Shown here: positions 30,680 to 40,000 of the stretch, one piece after another
Layout: each line of letters begins with the position of its first letter
Numbering within the stretch: the stretch's first letter is position 1
Source of the DNA: an uncultured virus (IMG/VR IMGVR_UViG_3300037067_004637)
Lineage: Duplodnaviria > Heunggongvirae > Uroviricota > Caudoviricetes
Virus record (IMG/VR): IMGVR_UViG_3300037067_004637
Strand: one strand, 5' to 3'
Length of the DNA stretch: 64,000 nt
Translations under genes and position numbers: made by a program
Notes under the pieces: model-generated
Told to the model about the DNA's origin: nothing
The model's input: the letters and a program-made list of their open reading frames with translations, nothing else
Databases searched by the model: none

Positions 30680-32460
30680 TGATCAGATATTATATCCATA
30701 CCACCTATATATTTATTTCTTCCAGTTACAGTATCAGCAAATGTTATTTTAAAATATATAAATGTAGAATATAAACCTTGTAATGAAAATCTTATGTTAT
30801 TTGATGGTAAATTATAAACATCATTATCTATTCTACAACCAGTTGTATCACCAGTATTAATACCATCATATAAAACATTTAAATTTAACCAATTAACACC
30901 ATTATCAACAGATATTTCAAAAATAACATCATTTGCAGCTAAATCAGCTTCTGTAATATTATGATCTGAAAATGTTATAATACCATTATAAGCTGTTGTA
31001 CCATCAGTATTAAATCTTCTATAATATGATTTATTACCTGTTATAGAAGTATAATCTGGTTGTGAACTTGGGTTTGGATTATATAATGTAAAATCGTTTT
31101 TTGGATAAACTAATCTATCAGCTAAAACTTGTAAACCATTTCCACCATCAACAACACTTAAATCTAAATTAGAATTCAAAGCTGTTGTTAAATCACTTTG
31201 TAATCTTGGAAATGATGCATTAGTTTCTGTTCTAAACATTTCAGAATTTCTATCAGATAAATCAACATATGTTTCAATTAAATAATTATAATTAATAGAA
31301 TTTCTTGTTCCAACTAAAGACCAATCATATATACTTGCTGTTGCAACATTTGTATTAATTGTATTAGAATTATGATTCCAATTTGTTTGGTTTGTTTGAT
31401 CTGTTGTCCAATCAGTTTTATCATAAACAGCGTTTGTAGATAAATGTGAATTAGTCCAAGTACCACCAGAAAATGTATCATAAGAGCCACCATTACCATT
31501 AACATTTAATGCACCACTAATAAAAAAATTAGTTTCATCAATATTTAATTGTTGTGTTGTTGGATAACTTCTACTATTTAAATTTTCTATATTATTTATA
31601 TTAACGTGCCATTGTGTATTAAGAGTATAAAATTCTACACCACTAATTCTTTTTGTTACTACACTATTACCTTCTACAACTGTTAATGTACTACCAGATA
31701 TAGATGCTGTTAATTCTTCATTATCTTTAAATATATCATTTTGTATAAAAGAATATATCCCATCGCCACCATTATTGTGAACAATTGATATACCAAATCT
31801 TCCACCTTGTGGAAAAACACCAGATAAATTAAAAGAAACTGAAACCGTAGCTCTAAATCTATCAGAATCAGAACTCCAATTAGTAACATTAATAGTGACA
31901 CCACTCATAAATGTTGAACTATTCCCATTCAAAATTTTTGTTTGAGTATAAGATGTTGGATTTCCAGCATAATCTAATAAAGTAGCAACTAAAGTTGTTG
32001 ATGATGAATTAAATATGCTAAATGTTTCGGGTGTTGTATAAGAAATAGATGAAACTGAATTTCTTATTGTATTATGTGCTGTACCAGCAATCCAATCACC
32101 TATATAATAAGGTGTTCCTCCAGTATTTGTTGGTTCAGCTATATATCTTGATGTTGTTGATATATTAGACAATCTTGCATCAGTTGAACCATCTTGTAAA
32201 TTAAAATGTGAAGAATATGATGGAGGTGGAATATAAATATCAACTCTACCTGTTCCTTGCATAGCTCTAACTGTATCACCAATAAAATTTAATACCGTAA
32301 CACCAGAAGAAACTAAAACACCTTCATCTTCAATAGTTAATGTACTTCCACTTGTACTACCAGATATTACAATATTATCAACATATTCTTTATTTACAAC
32401 ATCATATGGATGAATAGGTGTTGTATCAGCATATATTTGTTTACCTCTAATTCTTGACAT
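30670..32460 (-). CDS. Virion fibre/appendage protein (GKQ N-terminal module)
   Basis: MSRIRGKQI...VVNKEYVD; Ser/Thr/Gly rich; late-promoter motif at 32485-32497. Confidence 0.75.
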   Translation of the reverse strand: MSRIRGKQIYADTTPIHPYDVVNKEYVDNIVISGSTSGSTLTIEDEGVLVSSGVTVLNFIGDTVRAMQGTGRVDIYIPPPSYSSHFNLQDGSTDARLSNISTTSRYIAEPTNTGGTPYYIGDWIAGTAHNTIRNSVSSISYTTPETFSIFNSSSTTLVATLLDYAGNPTSYTQTKILNGNSSTFMSGVTINVTNWSSDSDRFRATVSVSFNLSGVFPQGGRFGISIVHNNGGDGIYSFIQNDIFKDNEELTASISGSTLTVVEGNSVVTKRISGVEFYTLNTQWHVNINNIENLNSRSYPTTQQLNIDETNFFISGALNVNGNGGSYDTFSGGTWTNSHLSTNAVYDKTDWTTDQTNQTNWNHNSNTINTNVATASIYDWSLVGTRNSINYNYLIETYVDLSDRNSEMFRTETNASFPRLQSDLTTALNSNLDLSVVDGGNGLQVLADRLVYPKNDFTLYNPNPSSQPDYTSITGNKSYYRRFNTDGTTAYNGIITFSDHNITEADLAANDVIFEISVDNGVNWLNLNVLYDGINTGDTTGCRIDNDVYNLPSNNIRFSLQGLYSTFIYFKITFADTVTGRNKYIGGMDIISDHWI

Positions 32461-32542
32461 TATTTTTAATGATATATTTTTTAGTATATATTAAAAATAA
32501 AAATTAAAAATAAAAAATAGCTATAAAAAGATAGGTGATTAA

Positions 32543-32887
32543 TTAAATTAGAAAAAGAGTTGTACTTGATATCAAATCCGTATCAATTTTTAGATGATAT
32601 TTTATTGATTTTTTCATTAAATTAAAAATATCATCATCATTCATATTAAATTTACTTTTTAACAGACGTTCAATATCAAAATCATAATAAAAAACATTTC
32701 CTTCTAAACAATATTCGAAAATGACGTTATTATTATTATCTTTATACAAAGTAGAATTTGAACCACTCAATGTAGATTTAGAAATAGATTTAACAAAATA
32801 TGTAAAAACATCATGAAGATATTTTTCTTCTGGTTTCATTCTTGCCAATTTTATTTTTTCAATATCTTTATCTAAATTATCTTTCAT
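32543..32887 (-). CDS. Paralog family 'LDKDIEKIKLARMKPEE' protein
   Basis: Start reassigned to MKDNLDKDIEK by paralogy. Confidence 0.75.
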   Translation of the reverse strand: MKDNLDKDIEKIKLARMKPEEKYLHDVFTYFVKSISKSTLSGSNSTLYKDNNNNVIFEYCLEGNVFYYDFDIERLLKSKFNMNDDDIFNLMKKSIKYHLKIDTDLISSTTLFLI

Positions 32888-33170
32888 TTGTTTCAACTTT
32901 CTTAAAAAATAACCCAAAAGATAAAAATGCAAAAGATAATAAACCAATTATAATTTGTCCAATTATAAAAATAATGTTTTTAAATACTGTTTGTTCAATA
33001 TCCATAGGTCGTAAATTAAATGTAACATTTTTTCCTTTTTCATGTTGTACATACGTAGAAGGTGAAACAATTATGTCAAAAGTAATGTTTTCATATTTCA
33101 ATATTAAATAAAAATTATTTTCTGTTTGTATTTTATCAACAATAAAACAATTTTTATTTGAATATCTCAT
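32877..33170 (-). CDS. Small membrane protein, 5' end possibly interrupted
   Basis: C-terminal TM helix. The frame stays open upstream (FLILFFVLYF) up to the IS-like element. Confidence 0.55.
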   Translation of the reverse strand: MRYSNKNCFIVDKIQTENNFYLILKYENITFDIIVSPSTYVQHEKGKNVTFNLRPMDIEQTVFKNIIFIIGQIIIGLLSFAFLSFGLFFKKVETNER

Positions 33171-33242
33171 ATAATCATTATTAAAATATAAGACAAAAAA
33201 TAAAATTAAAAAAATTATTTCAATTTGTGTTTGAATTCTTAA

Positions 33243-33539
33243 TGAACTACCACTAAAATAAATATTTAGTGGTTTCCTACTTCACAGACTTTGTAACCTC
33301 CATCTCCATAGGTGTAATCGCCAGTTCCTGACGATATTAAAGTTTTTAAATTTAATTTCTTGGTTATCGAAATTAAAATATTTACTTATTTACTTTTTTG
33401 ATTTTACGTGTTTTAAGATTTTAAAACACAACCAAATATATCAAAGAACCTTTTTCTACTTATTTATATTAAAAAATATTTAAAAAGTTTATTTTATTTT
33501 TGAAATTCATCAACGAAACTAAAGATTTCGTTGTTTTCT
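33243..33539 (-). mobile_element. Non-autonomous IS200/IS605-like element (both end hairpins, omegaRNA-like right end, no tnpA/tnpB)
   Basis: Left hairpin CAACGAAA-TCTTTAG-TTTCGTTG then ATGAATTT. Right end ...GTGAAGTAGGAAACCACTAAA-loop-TTTAGTGGTAGTTCA, like tnpB 3' ends. Boundaries are approximate. Confidence 0.65.
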
Positions 33540-33561
33540 TTCAAACAAAATTATAAATAAT

Positions 33562-33816
33562 TTACCATTTTTTAAAATATTTAACAATTAATAATATTAA
33601 AGTATAAATTACACAAGATAAAAATAACAAATATATAGATAAAAATGTGATAACAAATATATAAGTTATATTATTCTGACAACTTGGACTTAAATAAGAG
33701 CCAATAAACCAAAGAAGATTTACAAAATTACTATGAGGATAATATACATTGAAAAATAAAATATATAATATACCTATTAATAAATAATTATATATTTTTT
33801 TATTAAAAATATACAT
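33562..33816 (-). CDS. Small membrane protein
   Basis: Hydrophobic 84 aa ORF. Confidence 0.5.
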   Translation of the reverse strand: MYIFNKKIYNYLLIGILYILFFNVYYPHSNFVNLLWFIGSYLSPSCQNNITYIFVITFLSIYLLFLSCVIYTLILLIVKYFKKW

Positions 33817-33821
33817 GAAAA

Positions 33822-34265
33822 TTATTTTACAAGATTTCTATCAGTACCAAGTGTTTCTTCATTAGTATCTTGAATAATATCAAGAAATGTATATTTGTTT
33901 CCTGAAAAAGCATAACCTAACATGATATTTTCAAGTGAAGAATTTATACCATAAGAGAAACCTTGAAGTTGTATGAATTCATTTACACCATTAGGATTAA
34001 ATTTGACCATTTTTTGGACTATCACTTTTGCCTGGGAAGGAATTGTAACCTTAATTGGTAGTGTTGAAATGTAAGCAACTTTTACGAAGGGTGATGTGAC
34101 GTACCAACCTGGCGTTTTTTGAACGGTTATTTCACCATTTAAAGAATTATATGCAACACCAATTTGATTTACAGAAGTGTGATTCAAACACAAAATCCAA
34201 TAAAAGAACAAAATTGTAAACAAAGATGTTACAATAATCATAGGAACTTTTAGATAATTACTCAT
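33822..34265 (-). CDS. Membrane-anchored SPFH/band-7-like protein
   Basis: N-terminal TM, then IGVAYN..NGEI....PGWYVTSPF. Confidence 0.55.
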   Translation of the reverse strand: MSNYLKVPMIIVTSLFTILFFYWILCLNHTSVNQIGVAYNSLNGEITVQKTPGWYVTSPFVKVAYISTLPIKVTIPSQAKVIVQKMVKFNPNGVNEFIQLQGFSYGINSSLENIMLGYAFSGNKYTFLDIIQDTNEETLGTDRNLVK

Positions 34266-34448
34266 GATTTTAATTTTTTAAATTGTTTATAAATATTCTG
34301 AGTAAATATAATAATTATATTTTGTTTTTCCAAAAATATTTATAAAATAAATTTATCTAAAAGCATAAAAAATAACTATTTTTTGAAAAAATGATTTTTA
34401 TCTTTTTATATATAATAAAAATTGAGATCAAAAAATAATTAATATAAA

Positions 34449-36083
34449 ATGCCTAAAATTCAAGGAAAACAAGTTGCTGATGCAACAATAGAACAAAAAA
34501 ATCTAAATTTAACTACACCATTATCAGGTGATACTTTATCAGGTGCTACTGTTGAATATGTAAACAATTTAATAGAAACAGTTTCTGGTGAAACAGGTAT
34601 TATTGGTACACCACCAGATGGTGAATATACTGATGGACTTTTCACTGATTTTACATCAGGCACAACAATTGGTGATGCGGTAGATCGTTTCAATGAAGTG
34701 TTGTTGTTATTGGCCCCTACACCTCCATCAGATAATTGGGATAATGTTTTTTCTAATTTAACATTTAGTGAAACATTATATACAGCAAGAAATTTAACTT
34801 CTGGTTCTACTGCTTCTAATATCACAACAGTTACAACACCAACTTATACACTTAGTGATACAGTTGGTACAGAAGCTAATGCAAAAAGTAGAAACAATTG
34901 GACATTTACATTAACTGATACATCTGGTGTTGTTGAAACAACTACAATTACAACATCAAGTGAAAGTAAAACAAGTGGTGTTATTCAATATACAGTTGCA
35001 GACCCATATTTTGGTATTTCTGGTAAATCTGGATTTTGGACAGGTGTAACAGCTTTTAGTGTTACAGGTGATTTAAGTACTATTACAGCAAGTAGTTCAC
35101 AAAGAAGTTTATCATTTACACACCCAGGTACTGATTCACCTGAAACTTTTAATTATTTTGTTGATAATCCAACTACACCATCTGTAGGAACTGTAAGTGC
35201 AACACCACCATCCATGACAAGATTTGTAAGTGGTGTTCCATCATTAGCAAGTGGTGATAGTATAACAGGTATTGGTTTTACTGTTACAAATGCTGTAAGT
35301 TATTTTTATAATAATAGTTTTTATGATTTAACTGGTGCATTAATAGTGTCTGATACAGCAAATCCACCTTCAACTATACCTACTACTGCTGGTCAATCAG
35401 TTACTGAAAGTAATTTAACAGCAACAGTTGCAAATGGTGTATTTAGTGATTTATCTTTTGGTTTTACTGTTACAGCAAGAAATATTACAAATACAACAGG
35501 AACTAATACATATTCAACTTCTGCATATAGAGTAGATACAGTTTCAAATGAATCTTCACGTTTAACATCAGGAACTGGTAATTATCCATCAACTGGTTGG
35601 GGTGGTACATTTGATTCAACTCAATCTTTGATTGGTACTTATACAGACGAATTACAATTAAGAAATGGTGTTTATGTATATCCAACAGTAAATTATTCAG
35701 CAGTTGGTGGCCCTGATTATTCAACAGCTAATGGAACAAGATATGTAACTTTTAATTTAGGAACATTTAATAATAATGGTGCATTTACTTTAACTTTTAC
35801 AAATCCTGTTGGTATAACAGAAATAGGACAAGCAAATCTTGTTGTTGAAGTTAAGATTAGTGGTGCAACATATTGGGTAGATGGTGATGCAGCTTATTCA
35901 GGTACAGGAAATCCAGGTTCAACATCCGATGGTGTTGCAGCCGTTGTAACTGGTAGTTCAACAGCAACATCAAGACGTATAACATTTGGTGCTGTTGCAG
36001 TTTCTGGTGCAATTATAGTGAGAGTTGGTATAACTGGAACTGGTGTTTCATTTACTGGTTTAACAGCAACAAGTTTAGTATAA
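34449..36083 (+). CDS. Virion fibre/appendage protein (GKQ N-terminal module)
   Basis: MPKIQGKQV...ATVEYVN; very Thr/Ser rich; paralogous to 30670..32460. Confidence 0.8.
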   Translation: MPKIQGKQVADATIEQKNLNLTTPLSGDTLSGATVEYVNNLIETVSGETGIIGTPPDGEYTDGLFTDFTSGTTIGDAVDRFNEVLLLLAPTPPSDNWDNVFSNLTFSETLYTARNLTSGSTASNITTVTTPTYTLSDTVGTEANAKSRNNWTFTLTDTSGVVETTTITTSSESKTSGVIQYTVADPYFGISGKSGFWTGVTAFSVTGDLSTITASSSQRSLSFTHPGTDSPETFNYFVDNPTTPSVGTVSATPPSMTRFVSGVPSLASGDSITGIGFTVTNAVSYFYNNSFYDLTGALIVSDTANPPSTIPTTAGQSVTESNLTATVANGVFSDLSFGFTVTARNITNTTGTNTYSTSAYRVDTVSNESSRLTSGTGNYPSTGWGGTFDSTQSLIGTYTDELQLRNGVYVYPTVNYSAVGGPDYSTANGTRYVTFNLGTFNNNGAFTLTFTNPVGITEIGQANLVVEVKISGATYWVDGDAAYSGTGNPGSTSDGVAAVVTGSSTATSRRITFGAVAVSGAIIVRVGITGTGVSFTGLTATSLV

Positions 36084-36119
36084 AAAAATATAGAAAATAA
36101 AAAATAAATAAAATAAAAA

Positions 36120-38621
36120 ATGGCTTTAACACCCGAACAAAAATCGAGCAGACTATTTAAAAAATCATTAGGTGCTGCTGAAACTTTAGTAGCAAAAGAT
36201 TTTTTCGAAGAACCAAAACTTGGGAAATCAGCAATATTGACAACTCAAATTTGGGCTGAATCTGATTCAATACCAACAACAGCACCAGTATTATCTGATG
36301 GTCAGACATTAGGTGTTGTTAAATATTATGATAAATTAACACTTAATTTTGTAGCTGGTTCTACTGATAGAGCATATTCACATGATAGTTTAAAAAATGC
36401 TATACCTTTCAATTTTGGTGATGGTTCATATAATTATGGGTTATTTCAAAATGATGGAACAACTGCTATAGCTTTTGGTGAAGGTGATTGGTTGATTGAT
36501 ACAGAAGCTGGCGTATTAACTTTTTATGGTACATTACCAGCAGGTGTAACAGCAGCAGCACCACCAAGAGTAAGTTTTTATCAATATGTTGGAGAATTTG
36601 GTTTACCATCTGGTACAACATCAGGTATACATACACATGCTGCTGTAAGAGTAGCTACAACTGGTTTAACAGATGCAACATATTCAACATCTACAAGTGG
36701 ATTTACAAACTTACCTTCTAATATTGATGGTATAACTACTTTTAGTGAGGGTGATAGAATTCTTATAAAAAATCAAACAACAGAATATCAAAATGGTGTT
36801 TATGTTGTTAGTGGTACAACACTTGTTAGAGCATCCGACCATGATGGCAATCCAGGTTCTGAAATCGCAATCGGTGATTATGTGTTTGTTTTTTCAGGAA
36901 CAACAAACAAAAATTCAGGTTGGGCTTTAAGTGATACAAATGGTGATCCATCTGCTATAATTCCAGGTGTTAACACCCAAGTTTGGGAACAATTCTCTGC
37001 ATCACAATCTTATACTGCTGATGGTAATGCTCTCCAATTAACAGGTAATGAATTTAAAGTTGTTTTAAATGAAACTGGTTTAGGTTCAGGATTGGAACAG
37101 AGTATTAATGGTTTAAGAGTTACACCAAGTTTAATGTCAGTAATTAGTGGTGCTGTAACAGGTATAACATCCTTATCAACTATTGTAAATGCTATAAGTG
37201 GTGGAACAAGTTCATTATCAACTGCTTTATCTTCTGAAATATCAGATAGATTAGTAGCAGAAGGTTCATTAGAAACAGTGATTTCAACAAATTCATCAAA
37301 TATTGTAGTTTTAAGTGCTGACACAAGTTCACTTTCAACTGCTTTATCAACAGAAATTTCAAATAGATTAAGTGGTGATACTTCGTTAACAACAGCATTA
37401 TCATTAGAAATATCAGGTAGAACAAGTGATGTTTTATCATTATCATCTGCTATTGATGGTGCAGCATTTACAGGTGTTACATCATTAGAAACTGAAATTT
37501 CAGTAGATAGATCAAATATTAGTGTTTTAAGTGCTGATACATCTTCATTATCAACAGCTTTATCAACAGAAATTTCAAATAGATTAAGTGGTGATACTTC
37601 ATTAACATCAGCTTTATCAGTTGAAATTTCTGATAGAACATCTGCTGATTTATCATTAGCAACAGTTATTGATAATTTTAGTGGTGTAACGGCACAAACT
37701 GCAGGTTCAGGTTTAACTTATGTTGCATTAGAACAAACATTAAATGTAAATGTTGATGGTACAACTATTGAAATTGTAACAGACACTTTACAACTTACAA
37801 CAGCTATTCAAAATGATATTAGTAATGCAGTAGCAAGTGGAACATCATTATCAACTGCAATCTCAATAAATTCTTCTTTAATTGATGAATTAAGTGGTGG
37901 AACAAGTTCATTAGAAACAGCTATTTCAATAGAAAGTTCTGTAAGAACATCAGAAATATCATCATTAGAAACAGAAATTAGTGGTAGTCTAACTGGTTTA
38001 ACATCTTTAGATAGTGTAGTTTCAGTTAATACTTCAAATATTGGTGTTTTAAGTGCAGACACTTCATCATTATCAACAGCAGTTTCAACAAATTCTTCTG
38101 TTATTGATGTTTTAAGTGGTCAAACAACTTCTCTTTCAACAGCATTATCAGGTGAAACTGATGCAAGATTATCAGGTGATTTATCATTATCAACAGCAAT
38201 AGCTAATTTTAGTGGTATAACTGCTCAAACTGCTGGCTCTGGATTAACTTTCAATTCTGCTGAAACAACATTAAATGTAAATGTTGATGATTATACAATA
38301 AAAATTGTTAATGATGAAATTAGAGGTTCACAAATATGGATTCAATCTGATAAAACAACAACTATTGCAACTGGTACTGGTGCAACTAATATCACTTTAA
38401 CTTATAATCCTGTAACACCTGTTATGGTTCAAGTTAATGGTATTGAATATTTAGTAAATACTGGTTTTGTAACAAGTGCAACAGATAAACCATTTTATTT
38501 TAATACATTAATTCCAACAGTAGGTTCAGTATTATATTTTGATGCAACGGAAGCTGGTTTTGGATTAGAAAGTGGTGTTGATTTAATAATTGTTAAATAC
38601 AATTATGTTTCTTTAACATAA
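36120..38621 (+). CDS. Fibre protein with SLST coiled-coil-like repeats
   Basis: GDRILIKNQ..QNGVY tail-fibre-type domain; repeats TSSLSTALSTEISNRLSGD. Confidence 0.8.
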   Translation: MALTPEQKSSRLFKKSLGAAETLVAKDFFEEPKLGKSAILTTQIWAESDSIPTTAPVLSDGQTLGVVKYYDKLTLNFVAGSTDRAYSHDSLKNAIPFNFGDGSYNYGLFQNDGTTAIAFGEGDWLIDTEAGVLTFYGTLPAGVTAAAPPRVSFYQYVGEFGLPSGTTSGIHTHAAVRVATTGLTDATYSTSTSGFTNLPSNIDGITTFSEGDRILIKNQTTEYQNGVYVVSGTTLVRASDHDGNPGSEIAIGDYVFVFSGTTNKNSGWALSDTNGDPSAIIPGVNTQVWEQFSASQSYTADGNALQLTGNEFKVVLNETGLGSGLEQSINGLRVTPSLMSVISGAVTGITSLSTIVNAISGGTSSLSTALSSEISDRLVAEGSLETVISTNSSNIVVLSADTSSLSTALSTEISNRLSGDTSLTTALSLEISGRTSDVLSLSSAIDGAAFTGVTSLETEISVDRSNISVLSADTSSLSTALSTEISNRLSGDTSLTSALSVEISDRTSADLSLATVIDNFSGVTAQTAGSGLTYVALEQTLNVNVDGTTIEIVTDTLQLTTAIQNDISNAVASGTSLSTAISINSSLIDELSGGTSSLETAISIESSVRTSEISSLETEISGSLTGLTSLDSVVSVNTSNIGVLSADTSSLSTAVSTNSSVIDVLSGQTTSLSTALSGETDARLSGDLSLSTAIANFSGITAQTAGSGLTFNSAETTLNVNVDDYTIKIVNDEIRGSQIWIQSDKTTTIATGTGATNITLTYNPVTPVMVQVNGIEYLVNTGFVTSATDKPFYFNTLIPTVGSVLYFDATEAGFGLESGVDLIIVKYNYVSLT

Positions 38622-38641
38622 TATTTAATATAAATAATATT

Positions 38642-38675
38642 AAAAAAGGGAAAATGTTAAAATTTTCCCTTTTTT
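38642..38675 (+). terminator. Intrinsic terminator
   Basis: AAAAAAGGGAAAAT...ATTTTCCCTTTTT. Confidence 0.85.
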
Positions 38676-38724
38676 GTTTTTACCCCTAATATTTAAATAT
38701 ATAAAATAAAAATAAAATATAATT

Positions 38725-39834
38725 ATGAATATCGGTTTATCTTTTGGAATTACAAGTAGTGAATTTAGTATTTGGAGTGATAGTTCTACTCAATCAATTT
38801 TTCATTTATATTTTTTATTGAAAAATATAAGTGAATATAATGTATATATTGTAAATTTTGGTAATCCAATTAATGAAATAAATACAGACATACAAGAAAT
38901 ATTAAAAAATATCAATATTGTTGAATATGATGATGTAAAAAATAATTTAGATGTTTTTATTGAAATTGGTGTAAAAATTACAAATGAAACAACAAAAGAA
39001 TTAAAAGATAATGGAACTAAAGTTATATTATTTAATGTTGAAAATACTGCAATAAAAGATATTGAAGATATATTATTTAGAAAAAATAATGATATCATAC
39101 CATTTGATAATTATGATGAAATTTGGATGTTTCAACATCATGAAAAATTAAATAAACAATATTTAGAAACACTTTATAAAAAAAATGTTTATACATTACC
39201 TTTAATATGGAGTGATGTTTTTATTAATCATTTTGATAGTTTATTATTCAAACAAAATTTGAATTTAAAATATGAAGATAAAAATGATAAAAAAGATGTT
39301 ACAATTTTTGAAAATAATATTAGTGTTTCAAGAAATTCTATTTATAATTTTTTAATAGCTGAAAAAGCATATACAAAAAGACCTGAATTATTTAATAAAT
39401 TTAGATTTTTAAATACATATCAATTTAAAGATAATGTTAAATTTTTATCTTTTGTTAATTCATTAAATATTAAAAAAGATGGTGTAGCTACATTTGAAAA
39501 TAGATATTCCACACCTTATATTTTATCAAAATATACAGATATTGTTTTAACTCACCAATGGGAAAATGAATTATCATATTTATTTTTTGATGTTTTATAT
39601 GGTAATTATCCTATGATACATAATTCAAATTTTTTAGATTTTGATATTTATAAATATAATGATTTTAATATAGAACTTGCTTCTGATAAATTAATTAATG
39701 CAGCTAAAAATCATAAATTAAATATTAAAAAATATAATACTTATGTTTTTCAAAAATTAATTAGATTTTCTGTTAATAATAATGATAATATTCAAAAATA
39801 TAAAGAAAAAATAGATGAAATTATTAAAAAATAA
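38725..39834 (+). CDS. DUF2827-like putative glycosyltransferase
   Basis: DEIW..., LPLIWS, FENNI, THQWENELSY, YPMIHNS; paralog of 42101 and 43231. Confidence 0.7.
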   Translation: MNIGLSFGITSSEFSIWSDSSTQSIFHLYFLLKNISEYNVYIVNFGNPINEINTDIQEILKNINIVEYDDVKNNLDVFIEIGVKITNETTKELKDNGTKVILFNVENTAIKDIEDILFRKNNDIIPFDNYDEIWMFQHHEKLNKQYLETLYKKNVYTLPLIWSDVFINHFDSLLFKQNLNLKYEDKNDKKDVTIFENNISVSRNSIYNFLIAEKAYTKRPELFNKFRFLNTYQFKDNVKFLSFVNSLNIKKDGVATFENRYSTPYILSKYTDIVLTHQWENELSYLFFDVLYGNYPMIHNSNFLDFDIYKYNDFNIELASDKLINAAKNHKLNIKKYNTYVFQKLIRFSVNNNDNIQKYKEKIDEIIKK

Positions 39835-40000
39835 TTTTTATAAAATATAATTATTTAAAAAGCTTGAATATATTAAGAAATATTGATTAATTGAAATATT
39901 TTCTTTTAAAAAATATCAAAAAATAGTTTTTGAATTTAATATATATTATCATAATATCTCAAAAATGAGAAAAATAAAAAATAAAAAATAAAAATATAAT

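Noticed and set aside
34182..34194. 13-nt match (ATTCAAACACAAA) to the putative omegaRNA guide flank
   Set aside because: It misses the first guide bases (seed) and is plausible by chance in AT-rich DNA.
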